Source of the DNA: Klebsormidium nitens
Lineage: Eukaryota; Plantae; Klebsormidiophyceae
Reading direction: 5' to 3'
DNA length: 64,000 nucleotides
Assembly (NCBI GenBank): GCA_000708835.1
Contig: DF237325.1
Coordinates: 1 to 64,000, forward strand
This document shows, one piece after another, positions 13,863 through 25,800 of the stretch (positions are counted from its first letter, which is position 1; the number at the start of each line of letters is the position of its first letter). The notes under the pieces were generated by a model. That model did no database searches. It saw only the letters and a list, made by a program, of their open reading frames with translations, and was not told the origin of the DNA. Made by a program: the position numbers and the translations under genes.

Positions 13863-16800
13863 ATGGACAGCCTCAAGGAGCTGGTGGACGTGCTGGCTGC
13901 CCAACCCAGCACAGCTGCCCCCAGACTGCGGGGAATTCTGTCCCTTTGTTCCCCTGCGCTCAGTGCCAAGCAACCATCTGCAACCAAGAATGCCCCCCTC
14001 CCTCACTCCCCACCTGAAGTTACCCCCCGTCAGCTGGACAGTGTCCTCGCTCTCGCCCGCTTCCTCGCCGCATCGCAAGGCCAGTTCCGCCAGCAACTGC
14101 TTCCCTACGTACTTGGATTTTTAAGGGCTCTTCTAGTTTCCCCGGCAGCCACGGCCAGCCTGGGTGCCAAGTCCCCCTTCTTCCCCCAGATTCTCAAGCC
14201 CCTCTTTGATCTAGCTTGCATTGATGCGGAGAGCCAGAAAAGTATAAGCGGGGCGGTGGCTGAGATCCTTCAGGAGATCACAAAGGTGACTCAGCTCAGT
14301 CAAGGAGAGGAACCTCTCCTTCCAGTGGTACAGGAGTTTTTGGCTGCCCTTGGCGAGGGCCCAGTGCCGCTGCTCGGGGATGATGCAGAACATGTCGCAA
14401 AGTGGCTCCACGAACGGTGGATTGGCAACCCCTCATCTCCGGGGTTGCATCTCCGAGCAAACGGCCAGCCTAATGGCGGGGAGCACGGAAAGCAAGCGAA
14501 TGGGAAGGGGGATACGGATGGCCCCAGCAGTCGGTCCCCCAGCGTGGCTTCATTATCTGAGAGCGGCGACGAGATCTCGGAGTTGCATTTGGGGGCTAGC
14601 AGGTCGAGCGACAGCTTGCGAGCGGTGGTGGACGAGGGGCCGTCGGTGATAGAACGCCGGGAGTGGGCGTTCCGCATCTTTGCCCAGCTGCTGCCGCAGG
14701 CGAGGGTGAATGGGGGGCCAGACGATGCGCATCTTCTGGGAGCATTCCGGGATCGAGCAAGCAAGCAGCTGAAGATGATGGTCCACACGCTACAGGTGAA
14801 GATTCAGCCGGGGAGGGGAGGAAGGGGCAAAATTCGATTTCCACAGACGGTTCTTCGGAATGGTTCATGTTCTTTCGAAGAGCATAGTCAGCTTTTCGCT
14901 CCTCTAACCTTCCTCCAAAGGTGATTGTGAGTCACGATTTTTGTGGTAGTGAGTCACGATTTTTGTGGTAGTCCATGAACAAGTGCGCGCTTGACACCAG
15001 CCTGTTTGGACCTCATGGACTCTCAATGCTGTTCTGATAGGTCAGTAACCCAATAGAATATTTTATCGTCCAGCCGCCAGACAAGTCACGGGCCACTGGA
15101 TGAATTGCAGTACATCTTCCCCGCATTCAACACGGACCTTTTCTCAAACATCTCAACGCTTCTGCAGCCCCACACCTCCGAGCTACCCCCCCGGCGTGAC
15201 GTCGAGGCGCGCTTCCTTGCCAGCAGCGCTGCGGGTCAGGTCCTGACGGGGCTGGCTGCATTGGAGCCTCAGGGAGCGGGCAGCGTGCGCATGACCTCAG
15301 TGCGGCAAGCGGCCAACCTGCTCTTGGACGTCGTCGATGCGGCTGTGCTGTCCAAGTGGCGCCACCTTCCGAGCTGCCACCGCCTGGTTGATGATTTGGT
15401 GAGGAAACGGAGGTGTGATGATGTGATGTAAGATGTTTCTGTGTTAAGAGTTGTAGGCATGGTTCTAAAGGGCCAACTGAGCCTGTTTGCAAAATAAGTG
15501 TTGGGGAGTATACGTGATACACAGCAGGACAGGCACCAAATGGAACCTTGAGTAGCATCAGAAGTCGAAGGTTTTGCTTGGTGCTCAATACGAAATTTGT
15601 GACATCGTGGCCGTTGTTAGGAACGCTTCTTGTTCATTCATATTGCGATCTCACGGCCTGTGATGTGCATCCTTGGTGCAAGTCGGACTTGAGGATCTGA
15701 GCATTCCGATGTGGTCCTCACTTTGATATTGGGATCGCACCAGGGATTGCACCAGCGTAACGCTTGAACTCTCTTTTTTCGCATATTGATCACACATGTC
15801 CGCCCCCGCAGTTGACCTGCCTTGTGCGCATCACGAGCGCCCACCCCGGAACTTTGACTCGCGACGTCTTTGTGCGGCTCCGCTCGGTGGTTCTCAACAC
15901 GGCCATCAGCCAGAGCCGCTCGGCGGGGGCCGCAGAGTGGGCCGGGGAGCTGCCCCAGGAAGCCGACCAGGTCAGCAGTCGACTGCGGCTGCTTTTGTGA
16001 AGAATCTCCACATCTCCTGTTCTTGGTAACCGCTTGGAAGCAGAGAGGACCCTGTAGAAAGGTCCGTCGCCTGAAAACCCAGTCATTGCAAACGTTGATC
16101 AGAGTGTATGTCGTCCTCATCTCTTATTCGTTTGTCACACTTCGACCAGCCATTAAAACGCCACCATGACCTGCAGATATCTCCCCTGGCTCGGTGCGCC
16201 CTGCGTGCTGCCGCGGCACTGCTGCATGACACGTGGCCGCAGGACGAGGCGGTGTGCCTCACGTTCATGCTGGCGCTGGGCTCAAACGCGCGTCCCCAGG
16301 AGGGCGACAGCGGCACGACTGTAGTGTGGCGCAGGAACCTCATCACCCTAGTTGCGGAGCTGGCGCTCGAGGCAGGGCTGCCCAAGGTGGTAAGCAGCCT
16401 GGGTAAAAGGATGAGTTTCTTGGATGCATAATAATTTCTTCCTTCTCGTTTCTAGCAGCAGCAGCATCAATCTTTTAATCTGTGATCTTGCCGCCTCGCC
16501 CGATCTTACATTGGTTGATCGATCTCATCGGCTTTCTGGCTGCTTGTAAGCTAAGAGACCTTCCTTGACGGACCCTCCAGATACTGACTGGGTCCTCTTC
16601 TCTGAAGCAGAGTCCATCGCTAGCCCGCGTTATAAAACAGCTGTTTGCTTCAAACTTGCACTCCATTTTCCAGGCTTTAGATTGTCGTTTCCATTTCTGA
16701 GTCGTCGAACGTCGTTTCATTGTCGACAAGATCAGGAACCACGATCCGAGCACTTGAAAACAGGATAGCAAGTATGACGAAAACAGTTGTAATCCGGCAA

Positions 16801-19800
16801 ACTTTGGGGCGATGCGCTTTTTGCAGGCGGAAGCTGTGGCGTCGGGGCTGCTGGAGACGCTGCAAGAGCCCACGGGGGCCGTAACCGGCCCGACACGGTT
16901 GCGGCTGCTGGACGCTCTGGCGAAAGTGGCGGGGCTGGGCGTGGGGACCGCGTACCGGGAAGTGGTCGTGCTGCTCGTGCGCCTCTACCTCACGCACGTG
17001 CAGGTGAGCCGGGAAGGGGTGACAGACGAGAAAGTCGAGGTTGCTCAGCCTGTCACGAGGATTGTTGACGCTCATGTGTTGTTGAAGAGCGCCTCAGTCG
17101 CTTGGGACGTGTCAGTCGAGCCGTTCCGGAGTGAGGCCTTGATCTCGAAGTCTAAGCATGGAGTGTGCTCTAGATACTGTTTTGCAGTGTCTGGCGGATG
17201 AGAATGACACGAGGCATACAGAGTCACGACTATGGTGTTACGGTGCTCATTCTTAGCACGTTCAGAGCAATTTTGTTGCTTTTGTTGAAAGTTGAACATT
17301 TTCTTGATAGGCCATGGCACCAGAAGAGTGCCTTGTGAGGGATGGATCTCCTAGCCTGTCCGCCAAAACGTCGTCGATTGTCTATGAAGACTTCATCAAC
17401 CAGCATTGAGCAGCCCCTGAGTGACCTTTTGTGAAATTCTTAGTGTAAACCCGTTCCTACCTCGTGCCAGGCTTCCATGGACTCCGCTTCCACCGCCGAC
17501 TCCTCTCACCGGCTCGAAGGAGACGAAGCTCTTCCCGCCGCGTTCCTGCACATCGCCCAGTCGCTCCCGGAGGGCGAGCAGCGGGCGGACTGCCGGGTAC
17601 GGCTGTTGGCCCTAGCTAGCGACGTGGGGCTCATCGTGGAGTCCCGGGATACGAGCGCGGGGGGACCCAAGTGCCTGGGGAGGCTGCTGCCGGCCATAGC
17701 GGAGCTCTGCAGAGGGTGGAGCCCCGAAGCAGCCGTGCCAACACAGGAGCTTAAGGTGGGAAACCGCTGTTTACATAGCAATCACCATAAGTGTCACCAC
17801 GAGGATTGGTTTGTGCGAGCTGGTCCAGAGTTTGAGTGCCCATTGATCCGTTTTGAGTACTCTCGTGCCCGGAAGATGATGTCTTCATGCTTCAAACGGA
17901 AGCCAGAGTCCTCACTTTCGTTCATTCTCTTGCCCAGATGATTCATATCTTCATTTAGACCTAAAAGCCAGAGCTCTTCATTGCTTCCCGGAAAGTTGCG
18001 CCATCCAATCTGCAGGATTTGTCTCGTTCGTTTGAGGTGCCTCTGACGTCGTCTCCCTTCCTTTTTCTGTCCTTGTTATCTGTCCAGCTGTTCCGCAACC
18101 TGTGGTTCTACATCGCACTGCTCGGATTGGGACCTCCTCTCCCCAACGCTGCCCCCAGCGTACCCCGCCCGCTGACCAAAGGAACGGCCAAGCTAGTCAA
18201 TACCAGCATGCGGGCAGTTACAGGGCCCTACGCCTACCCCGCCGTCTGGATTGAGGCCGTGGAGACCATTGCCGAGGGCACTCCCCCTCTGGTGGTAAGA
18301 GTACTGGCTGAAAGCTCGCTTCGTATCGGAGAAAAAGCTAAGAGGTTGCGAATTGAAAGAGCGCACAGAATGGCCGAAAGTGCAGCTGTTGTTACCGCTA
18401 TGGTTAATTTTCGGAAGCTTTCTCTGCTTCCTGGCCCGTCCAATCTCAAGCTTCGGTGTTTGTAAGTCGTCAAAGAGGAAACAGGTTCGCTAAATGGATA
18501 GCAGTCAACTGGCCGATCCCCGGATGCTCGCAATCGCAGCGCGGCCTTCCTATTCGGCTTTAAGGATCCAGTCTGCAAGATTAAGCATGATAGTCGAATC
18601 TGCACGGTGCATTTATGCCTTGTTTTCAACAAATCCATCCGAACGAAGATCTATGTAGCGTTCTTCGACGTCAATTCTGGACGGTAAGGCTGCCGGTTTT
18701 AGTCTTACCAACCATTTCGTGATTCTGCATTCCGGCCGCAGCAGAAGGTGGGGTTAATGGAGTTGCACCTAACCCTTTTTTGTTTCTTGGTGGTCTTTCT
18801 TCCAGGTGAGCAGCACGCAGTGGGTGGAGGACGAGGAGGAGCTCACCGCGCTCCACCAGCCCGGCAGCCGCAGCGGCAGCGGCAGCGAGAAGGCCGCCAC
18901 GCTCCAGCGGGCCGCGCTCGCCAGCGCGCTCGCCAACAAAGTAGACGCCAACGCACTGCTCACGTGAGGCTTGCCAACCAATCAGGATCTCAACGGGCTC
19001 TTGCGTTTCGTGGTATAGCTGTCGGTTGACCTTTGATGTTGCTCGGGGTTCTCGAGGCTTCCTGCAACTGAAATACCTCGGAGTTTCCTTCGTTCTTAGT
19101 TATCTCAAAGGACAGGCTTCGCTTGTCGTGCTGGAAGTACTCCTTCTTGCTTTAAGCTGCTCCGACGCGTTGGTGTTCTATGCGAGATATTCTTTCAGAA
19201 AGAATAAGTCTAGCCATACGAACGAAACAAGCTGCGGAACGTCGCTTGACGACGTCCCTCAACATTGATCTTGCACAGTGCCGGCCTCTTCCTCACTTAA
19301 CGAACTTTCTATTGTTGAGCCGGGCCGCTTCCCAGTGGCTATTCCAAGACCCACCTTCTGCTCTTGCTGCAGCATCTCCGGCGTGAAAGCGACCTACTTG
19401 CTCGCGGTGGCTTACCTGGAGATGCTGCGCCTCTCCCGTCTCGGGGGGGTCCTTCCTCCGGGCCTGCAGCGGCAGGGCTTGGCAGCAGGGGACTCCCGTG
19501 GAACGAGCTGGCTTGCCTGCACTTTCAAGTACCTGGAGGCGCCAAATCTCACCGACCAGGTCCGTTTACATACTCCAATTATTCACTCGCCTCTTTCGTA
19601 GCTTCAAAACGAAGCGTGCAGTCGCAACAAGCTTGGGGGGCATACGGGGTCGCTGCGTCGTTGAACGGAGCACAAACGCGAGGCAAAGCGACGGCCGATC
19701 ATAGAGACGAAGCTTGAAACACCTTTCGCATATCACCATTGCCGAGGAAATGCTCAAGAATGTGATTGCGCTCGACCGGGGCTTGCTCAAGACAGTGTTG

Positions 19801-22800
19801 TCGTCTCTTCGCTTACCCCAACACCAACAAGCTTGCTCTGGTTTCTGAATTGCACTTCGTGGCTTGTAATTGCCTTTAGTGAACGACACTGTCCGCTGTC
19901 GTCGGCTCTGTTTCTTCAACCCTTCCAAGTGCCAACCCCGCATTTCCTTCCCAGGTGCGCGCCTGCCTGGAGGCCATCACGTCCCGCGCCTTCTCGTCGG
20001 CCGTGTCCACTCTGCGCCGCGCCGCAGCCACCGCAGGAGAGGAGAGCGTAGTGCACGACGCGATCGCGGGGCATGCCTGCTTCCTGCTGGGCGCCACCAC
20101 GCACTTCATCTCCACAGTGGCTGACGTGGCGGACCGCCTGCTGACGCACCTGCGAAGCAGCTTCCCCGAGGTTCGTCTAACTGTAATGAGCGCTCTTTTA
20201 TCGCTGATCCATTTTGATATTCTACTTCCATTTGACTTCATTCCTTCTCTTACTATTCAGGATCCTTTTGTCGGTTATGGACCGACGGCTTGCACCACAT
20301 TCGGCGTTATCAACAGGGTTGTATCCCTGTCTGTTCACATAAAAGAGCCTCGTTTCTCTTCATTGAGAGAGTCTGTTTCCGGAGGTCGACTGCACGCTCA
20401 CACTCTGCTCAAACCCCATCATTCTTTAAGAGGCTACCGTTTGGTCGAACGTCCACCACAATGACGAGCGTACCTGACGCACCGCTGTTCAAACCCCCTA
20501 CTGCAGATCTTGTGGCACCCTCGGTGTATGACCTACATCTTGGAGCTGCTCGGCCGCGCCCCCTCCGAAAACCTGAATGCGGACGCCCAAGCGGTGCTGC
20601 AGTCTCAGAGGGCGCTCCAGGAGCGCGTCCGCGAGTGGCTGTCCCTCGCCATCACGCTCGCGCCTGTTACCATGCAAGGCCTCCTGCAGGTACACGTCAG
20701 CATCCCGCCATTGCTTGTGACTCATGCAGTGCGATCAGCATTAATGATGTGGCATCGTCCTGCGAAGCTAGGTGGGACGATAACGTCACCATGCAAGGTC
20801 TGCTGTAGGTACACGTCAGCAACCCGCCTTGCCTTTACATCCTCGGTTATGTCCTAACCAATGCCATCAGAACCATCAGACTGTATAATCTATCTCTGTC
20901 CTCTTGAGCTATGTGGGGAGTTGGCGTCACATCGTTTGCGGAGCAGGATGCGCCCTTATAATTATTGTAATGCATAGCATTCCGCCTTGCCTTTACGTCC
21001 TCATTTATGTTTTTCGCACGGCCATCCAGAATATATGACTAGCATTGTCCTACTCTGCTGGGCGGGAAAAACGAGTCACATGCAGTAGAGGAGCAGCAAG
21101 CGCAAATGCAAGTTCCCCAAGAGGCCGAAGCTGCTCATCCATCCGTTCGATGCAGTCTCACATGTGTCCTGAAGTAGCACTCTTCTGTCGTGCTCCTTCG
21201 CTACTTGTTGGCAACAAAAAATGCAAGGAGTCTTTTCCTGTAATTTTCCTCTGATTTGCATCACCAGTTTGATGGACTGCGTTGCGACTTTAGACTTGAG
21301 TGCTGATTCTTGCTGCTGCGATTGTGCGCAGGAGCATTTACAGCGGTTGCAGCAGTGGCCGGGGCCCCTGCAGTCAGGCGACTTGCTTACAGTGCTGGCC
21401 GGAGTTCAGGGAGGGCCACCTCCGGGCGGTATTCTGGCGGCCGCCACCTCCGCGGCAGCAGCCGGGGGAGCGGGGGCTGCCAAAGGCACCAGTGATGGTG
21501 TCTCCGCCGGGATCCTGGCAGGTAGGGCGGATAACAAGAGCGGATGTGCACGCCATTCTGGGACGAGGCTTTAACAGATAGTGTCCTGTGCAGGGGAAGG
21601 GGGTTGACGAGTCTCAAACAGGTCTTCTCTGCAAGGCAGCTTATGACATGGGTTCCGCTCCGACCTTTACTGTTATTCCATCTCGTAGAACCCTGTGTTG
21701 CGATCCTCACAGAAGTCCATCTAACCGCGTCCAGGATTGAATCTCCCTGTTTGGCAGCTATTTGCGATTGAAGCACGGAAAGAGCACTTGCTGATCCGCT
21801 TTGCCATCTCGCTACGCTGCTGTTGATCACCCCTCGCTCCTCGCTTCCCACCAGCGACGATCAAGTCCAAGTACGCCGGCGAAGTGGCGGGCATGCGGCG
21901 CCTTTACCAGACTCTGACCGGAGCCTCCGCCACGTCACCCCCCGGGCAGGCCCTGTCCCAGCTACTGTCGCTGGGCAGCGCTAAGTACGTCTCAGCGGAG
22001 GGGGCCAAAACAGGGCCCTCGGCGGAGGATTTCGACGAGTTACTAGTTCTGCGATTTGTGAGCAATTTGGAGCACTGCCGCGACCAGGCGCAGAAGGGGG
22101 GGCGGCCGGAGCAGGACGCGCTGCGGGAGACGTGCCTCCGAGGGGCGGCGCTGCTGCTTGCAAGCAATGTGAGTGGGTCGATCAGGGGGAATGACTTCAG
22201 TCCATTCCAGAGAAACAAGGACATTTTTGAGAGGGGATTGGGTGTGTGTTTCTTGCTGCTAGATATTAGCCCCAAGCACGAAGGAAAGGTGCCCTTCCGC
22301 GTTCCGGATCCAGAAAGGCCGCCTCGAAGCTTCTGCGACTGTTATCTGGGACCGCTATTGGTCATGAGATACACGCGTCTCTCGGTCAACAGTGTCGCTT
22401 CTAGAATCTCGAAGCATCTATCGGCCGCTACCAAGTGTGCGAAATCGAGTTCCTTTTACGCTCGCGACCTCGAATCTCTCGTAGGACGATGCTCTGTCTC
22501 GTACCTTCTTCTTTGCGGACACTGCTTCGTTTGAAGCTGCCTCTAGTTCAAGATTCCTATCATGTCATTTCACTGTTGACTCTCATGGCAATCCTTCTCG
22601 TTCGATTCGCAGCCCGGCCATTCTCAGCTCCGCCCCCCCTACCAGCGCCTCCTCCGTCTCCTCGCCTGGTGCCCCGTCCTGGTCTTCACCCCCGCTTCCC
22701 TCGAACTGGGGGTCTTCGTCTGGACTTGGCTCCTCTCAGCAGCGCCCCCCCTGACGCTGCGCCTCCTCGCTGAGCTGACCGACGCGTGGCTGCACTGCGC

Positions 22801-25800
22801 GGCAACTAGGCGCGGCCTCTTTTCCACCATCCCCGCGGAGCAGGGCGAGCGCGCCCTGCTGCGGCCGCAGGTGACGCCGGGAGAGTCCGAGGGACCCCCC
22901 GTCAGGGATCCCGTGGAGGCGATCCACGCGCACCGGCTGTGGCTCGGGTTTTTCCAGGACAGGTTCCAGGTGAGCCGCTTTTGAGAATCTTCCTTCAAAA
23001 GTGGGCGCCAAAGCACCCACTTTTTTGAATGCGTCGTTGCCGTTCTAGACTGCTTGGTCCAGAATGTGTGAGATGGTCCTCCTTCGGTCTTGAAGGGTCT
23101 CCGAAATAGTCGATCTCCAGGCTCTAAGGTGATCGTTGTCGGTTGAACAGGAGGTATTTGCACAACGGGTTCGGACTTGCATACTCACAACAATTGTTTT
23201 GTACTGTGGTTTCTAAAAGGCTCACTGGCTCGCTTACACTAGAGAAGCTCTTGTATCCAGCAAAGCTTCCTGTGCTCGTCTTTCTGCATACATATATGCT
23301 CGAATGTTGGCTCTCGACGCGTGTTCCAACGCCCAAGCCCCATGCAACAGTTTAGTTGTTTGATTCTTAAAATTTTTATGATTTCTTGTTTTTTGTTTTT
23401 TTTGTTTTCTTGTTTTTGTTTTACTTTTGTTCTTTTTTGGCCCTCGACACCTGGTCTGACGCTCACTCTTCATCTGCCAGGTGGCGCGCCACGGCCGCCG
23501 CGAGCAGCTGGCCCTCCTCGGCCGTCTCTTCTCCCCCTTCGCCCGCCCGCCCGCCCTCACGCGCCACCCCGCCGCAGCCGGCACCGTCTTTAACTACCTC
23601 TTACTCGGCCTAGAGTACTGCGCTGTTCGGTCCCACTCCCCCGCAGTCGATCTGCTCCACGACCAGATCCTGCGCGCGGCGCTGGCCTGGTTTGAGACCC
23701 CGCCCGCTTGGTACGACCACAGAGATGTCCTTCTGGAGAGGGCGGAAGCGGGAGCTTTGGTCGAGTTTGCACGGGCGCTTGAAAGGGGGCCGGGCCAAAA
23801 GAGGGGCGCGGAAGTGAAGGGCAAGCATCCGGTGTGGGGGATGGAGGTGCCGGGGGGGGCGGCGCGGCGCGGGCAGCTGCTGGCGAGCTTGGTGCGGCAC
23901 GAGGCGGACCGGCTGCTGACGTGGGCGAACCCGCTGAAGTGAGTCAGCCGATCGCAACGGGTGGAGTTTTGGAACAAACTGTTACAGCGCCGCTGTTTGG
24001 TTCAATGTACTTGTTTCGAGATTCTGGATCACGGAGCTGTTTCTTCAAAATTGCTTCTGTCGGCTCTTGGCTAGGTCATTGACTTAGCCCTACTGTACAA
24101 TTTTTACTGGAGGATCAAAGGTGGATGCTGTAAGAGGTTGTTGGCAGGTGCCAACACCCTTGTCGAACTTCTCAGAGTGAGATATGCACGGTTACAGATT
24201 CCAGCATGGTCGTCGAGAATCCATCCTACACCTGAGTCATACTTTGGCCATACCTTGACCCCTTCTTTTTTCTCCCTGCAGACAAGACGCTGTACAAAAC
24301 TTCCGCTTACCCGCGTTCAGTTGGGGGGAAGCCGTCTCCACAGCTTGGGCCGTCTCCCCCCGACTTGCCATCGCGCTCGTGTCTCGCTTCCCCAGCATCG
24401 CCCCCATTCACACTGCCGTTACGTCTCTGGTTGCGTCTCATATCCCCTCCCTGATTGGCGTCGCGGAGGCTCTGCCCTTCTTCGTGACTCCTGCGGCGGT
24501 GGCGGCGGACTCTCCCGTGCTGAACCAGCTCGTTTACTGGGCGCCCTGCTCCATCGCCCAGGTACAGACAGCAGCTCTATCGATGTATTGCGGGTGTCTT
24601 CCCCCCTGTGGACGGGGAGTGCTTTTCTCTTGATGTTGGTTCTAAAGTCCTGCGGATGAACTGACAACGTCGACTGTGAGTCCGAACGCTTCTTTGAACA
24701 TTTGTCTATCTTTGAGTAGACGTCGACTTTTTAGATGCCGCGTATCCACCTGCAAGCGCACTAGGGATTCAGCGTCGCACAAGTATTTCCCTTGAGTCCG
24801 CAAGTCCGACTTCCGATCATTTTTAAACGTGTTTTCTGAGACGAGAGCATACTTTCTTGATGGTAGGCTAAAAGCAGACTCAGAGTGTTTCCGTCCGCAC
24901 ATCTCCTCGCTCCGTTTCCATCAAGGTGCTAAAACTACAGAACCCCGTGTTTGCGAGCCACCAATGCGCTCGCTTCCTTCAGGGTTAGCTCAAAGCAGAC
25001 TCGAAAACAAACCCGTTTAGAATGCTTCTTCTTCTCCTTTCACCGCAGGCGCTGGACCTGCTGACCCCCGCGTTTGCGGGCCACCCTTGCGCTCGCTTTT
25101 TTCAGGCTTAGCCCAAAGCTGTCCGTAATAGATTCCTCTACCATTTTTGCTCCTGTCATACGCAGGGGCGGACCTGCTGACCCCGTATTTGCGGGTCGCC
25201 CTTTTGCTCCTTTGGCTCGCTTATATTAGGGTTAGCTCAAACAAAGTCGAAAGTGCTCCTTACCCCCTTTGATCGCAGGCGCTGGACCTGCTGACCCCCG
25301 CGTTTGCGGGCCACCCGCGCGTGATGGCGTACGTGCTGCGCGTGCTGCAGGGGTACCCCCCCCAGTCCGTCATGTTCTTCATGCCGCAGCTGGTGCAGGC
25401 GCTGCGCTACGACCACGGCGGCCTCATCGAGGGCTACCTCATGGCCGCCGCGCAGGACAGCAACCTCTTCGCGCACCGCCTCATCTGGCAGCTCCAGGTG
25501 CGTCATCGCGCTGCGACAAGTTTGAGCTTAGCCCATATGGACATCTGTGCAGGTTGTCCGATTCGGTGTGTACCAGGATTGCCGTCCTGCTTTACGGCAC
25601 AAGTTGGTCTTCACACCGGTCACTACAACTCTTTCTGTGGTAATGGGCGCCTAGGCTGCATTGGTACTAAGTTTTCAGGGTTTGAGGATTTCGCCTTGCT
25701 TCGTATGTGCTGGCATGCTCAGGGCAAGCGGCCATTCAGACATGTTTGAGGATTTCGCCTTGCTTCGTATGTGCTGGCATGCTCAGGGCAAGCGGCCATT

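Noticed and set aside
23382-23438. T-rich tract as an antisense retroelement poly(A) tail
   Set aside because: It sits directly before a PI4K acceptor, so an extended polypyrimidine tract explains it; no element body is visible.
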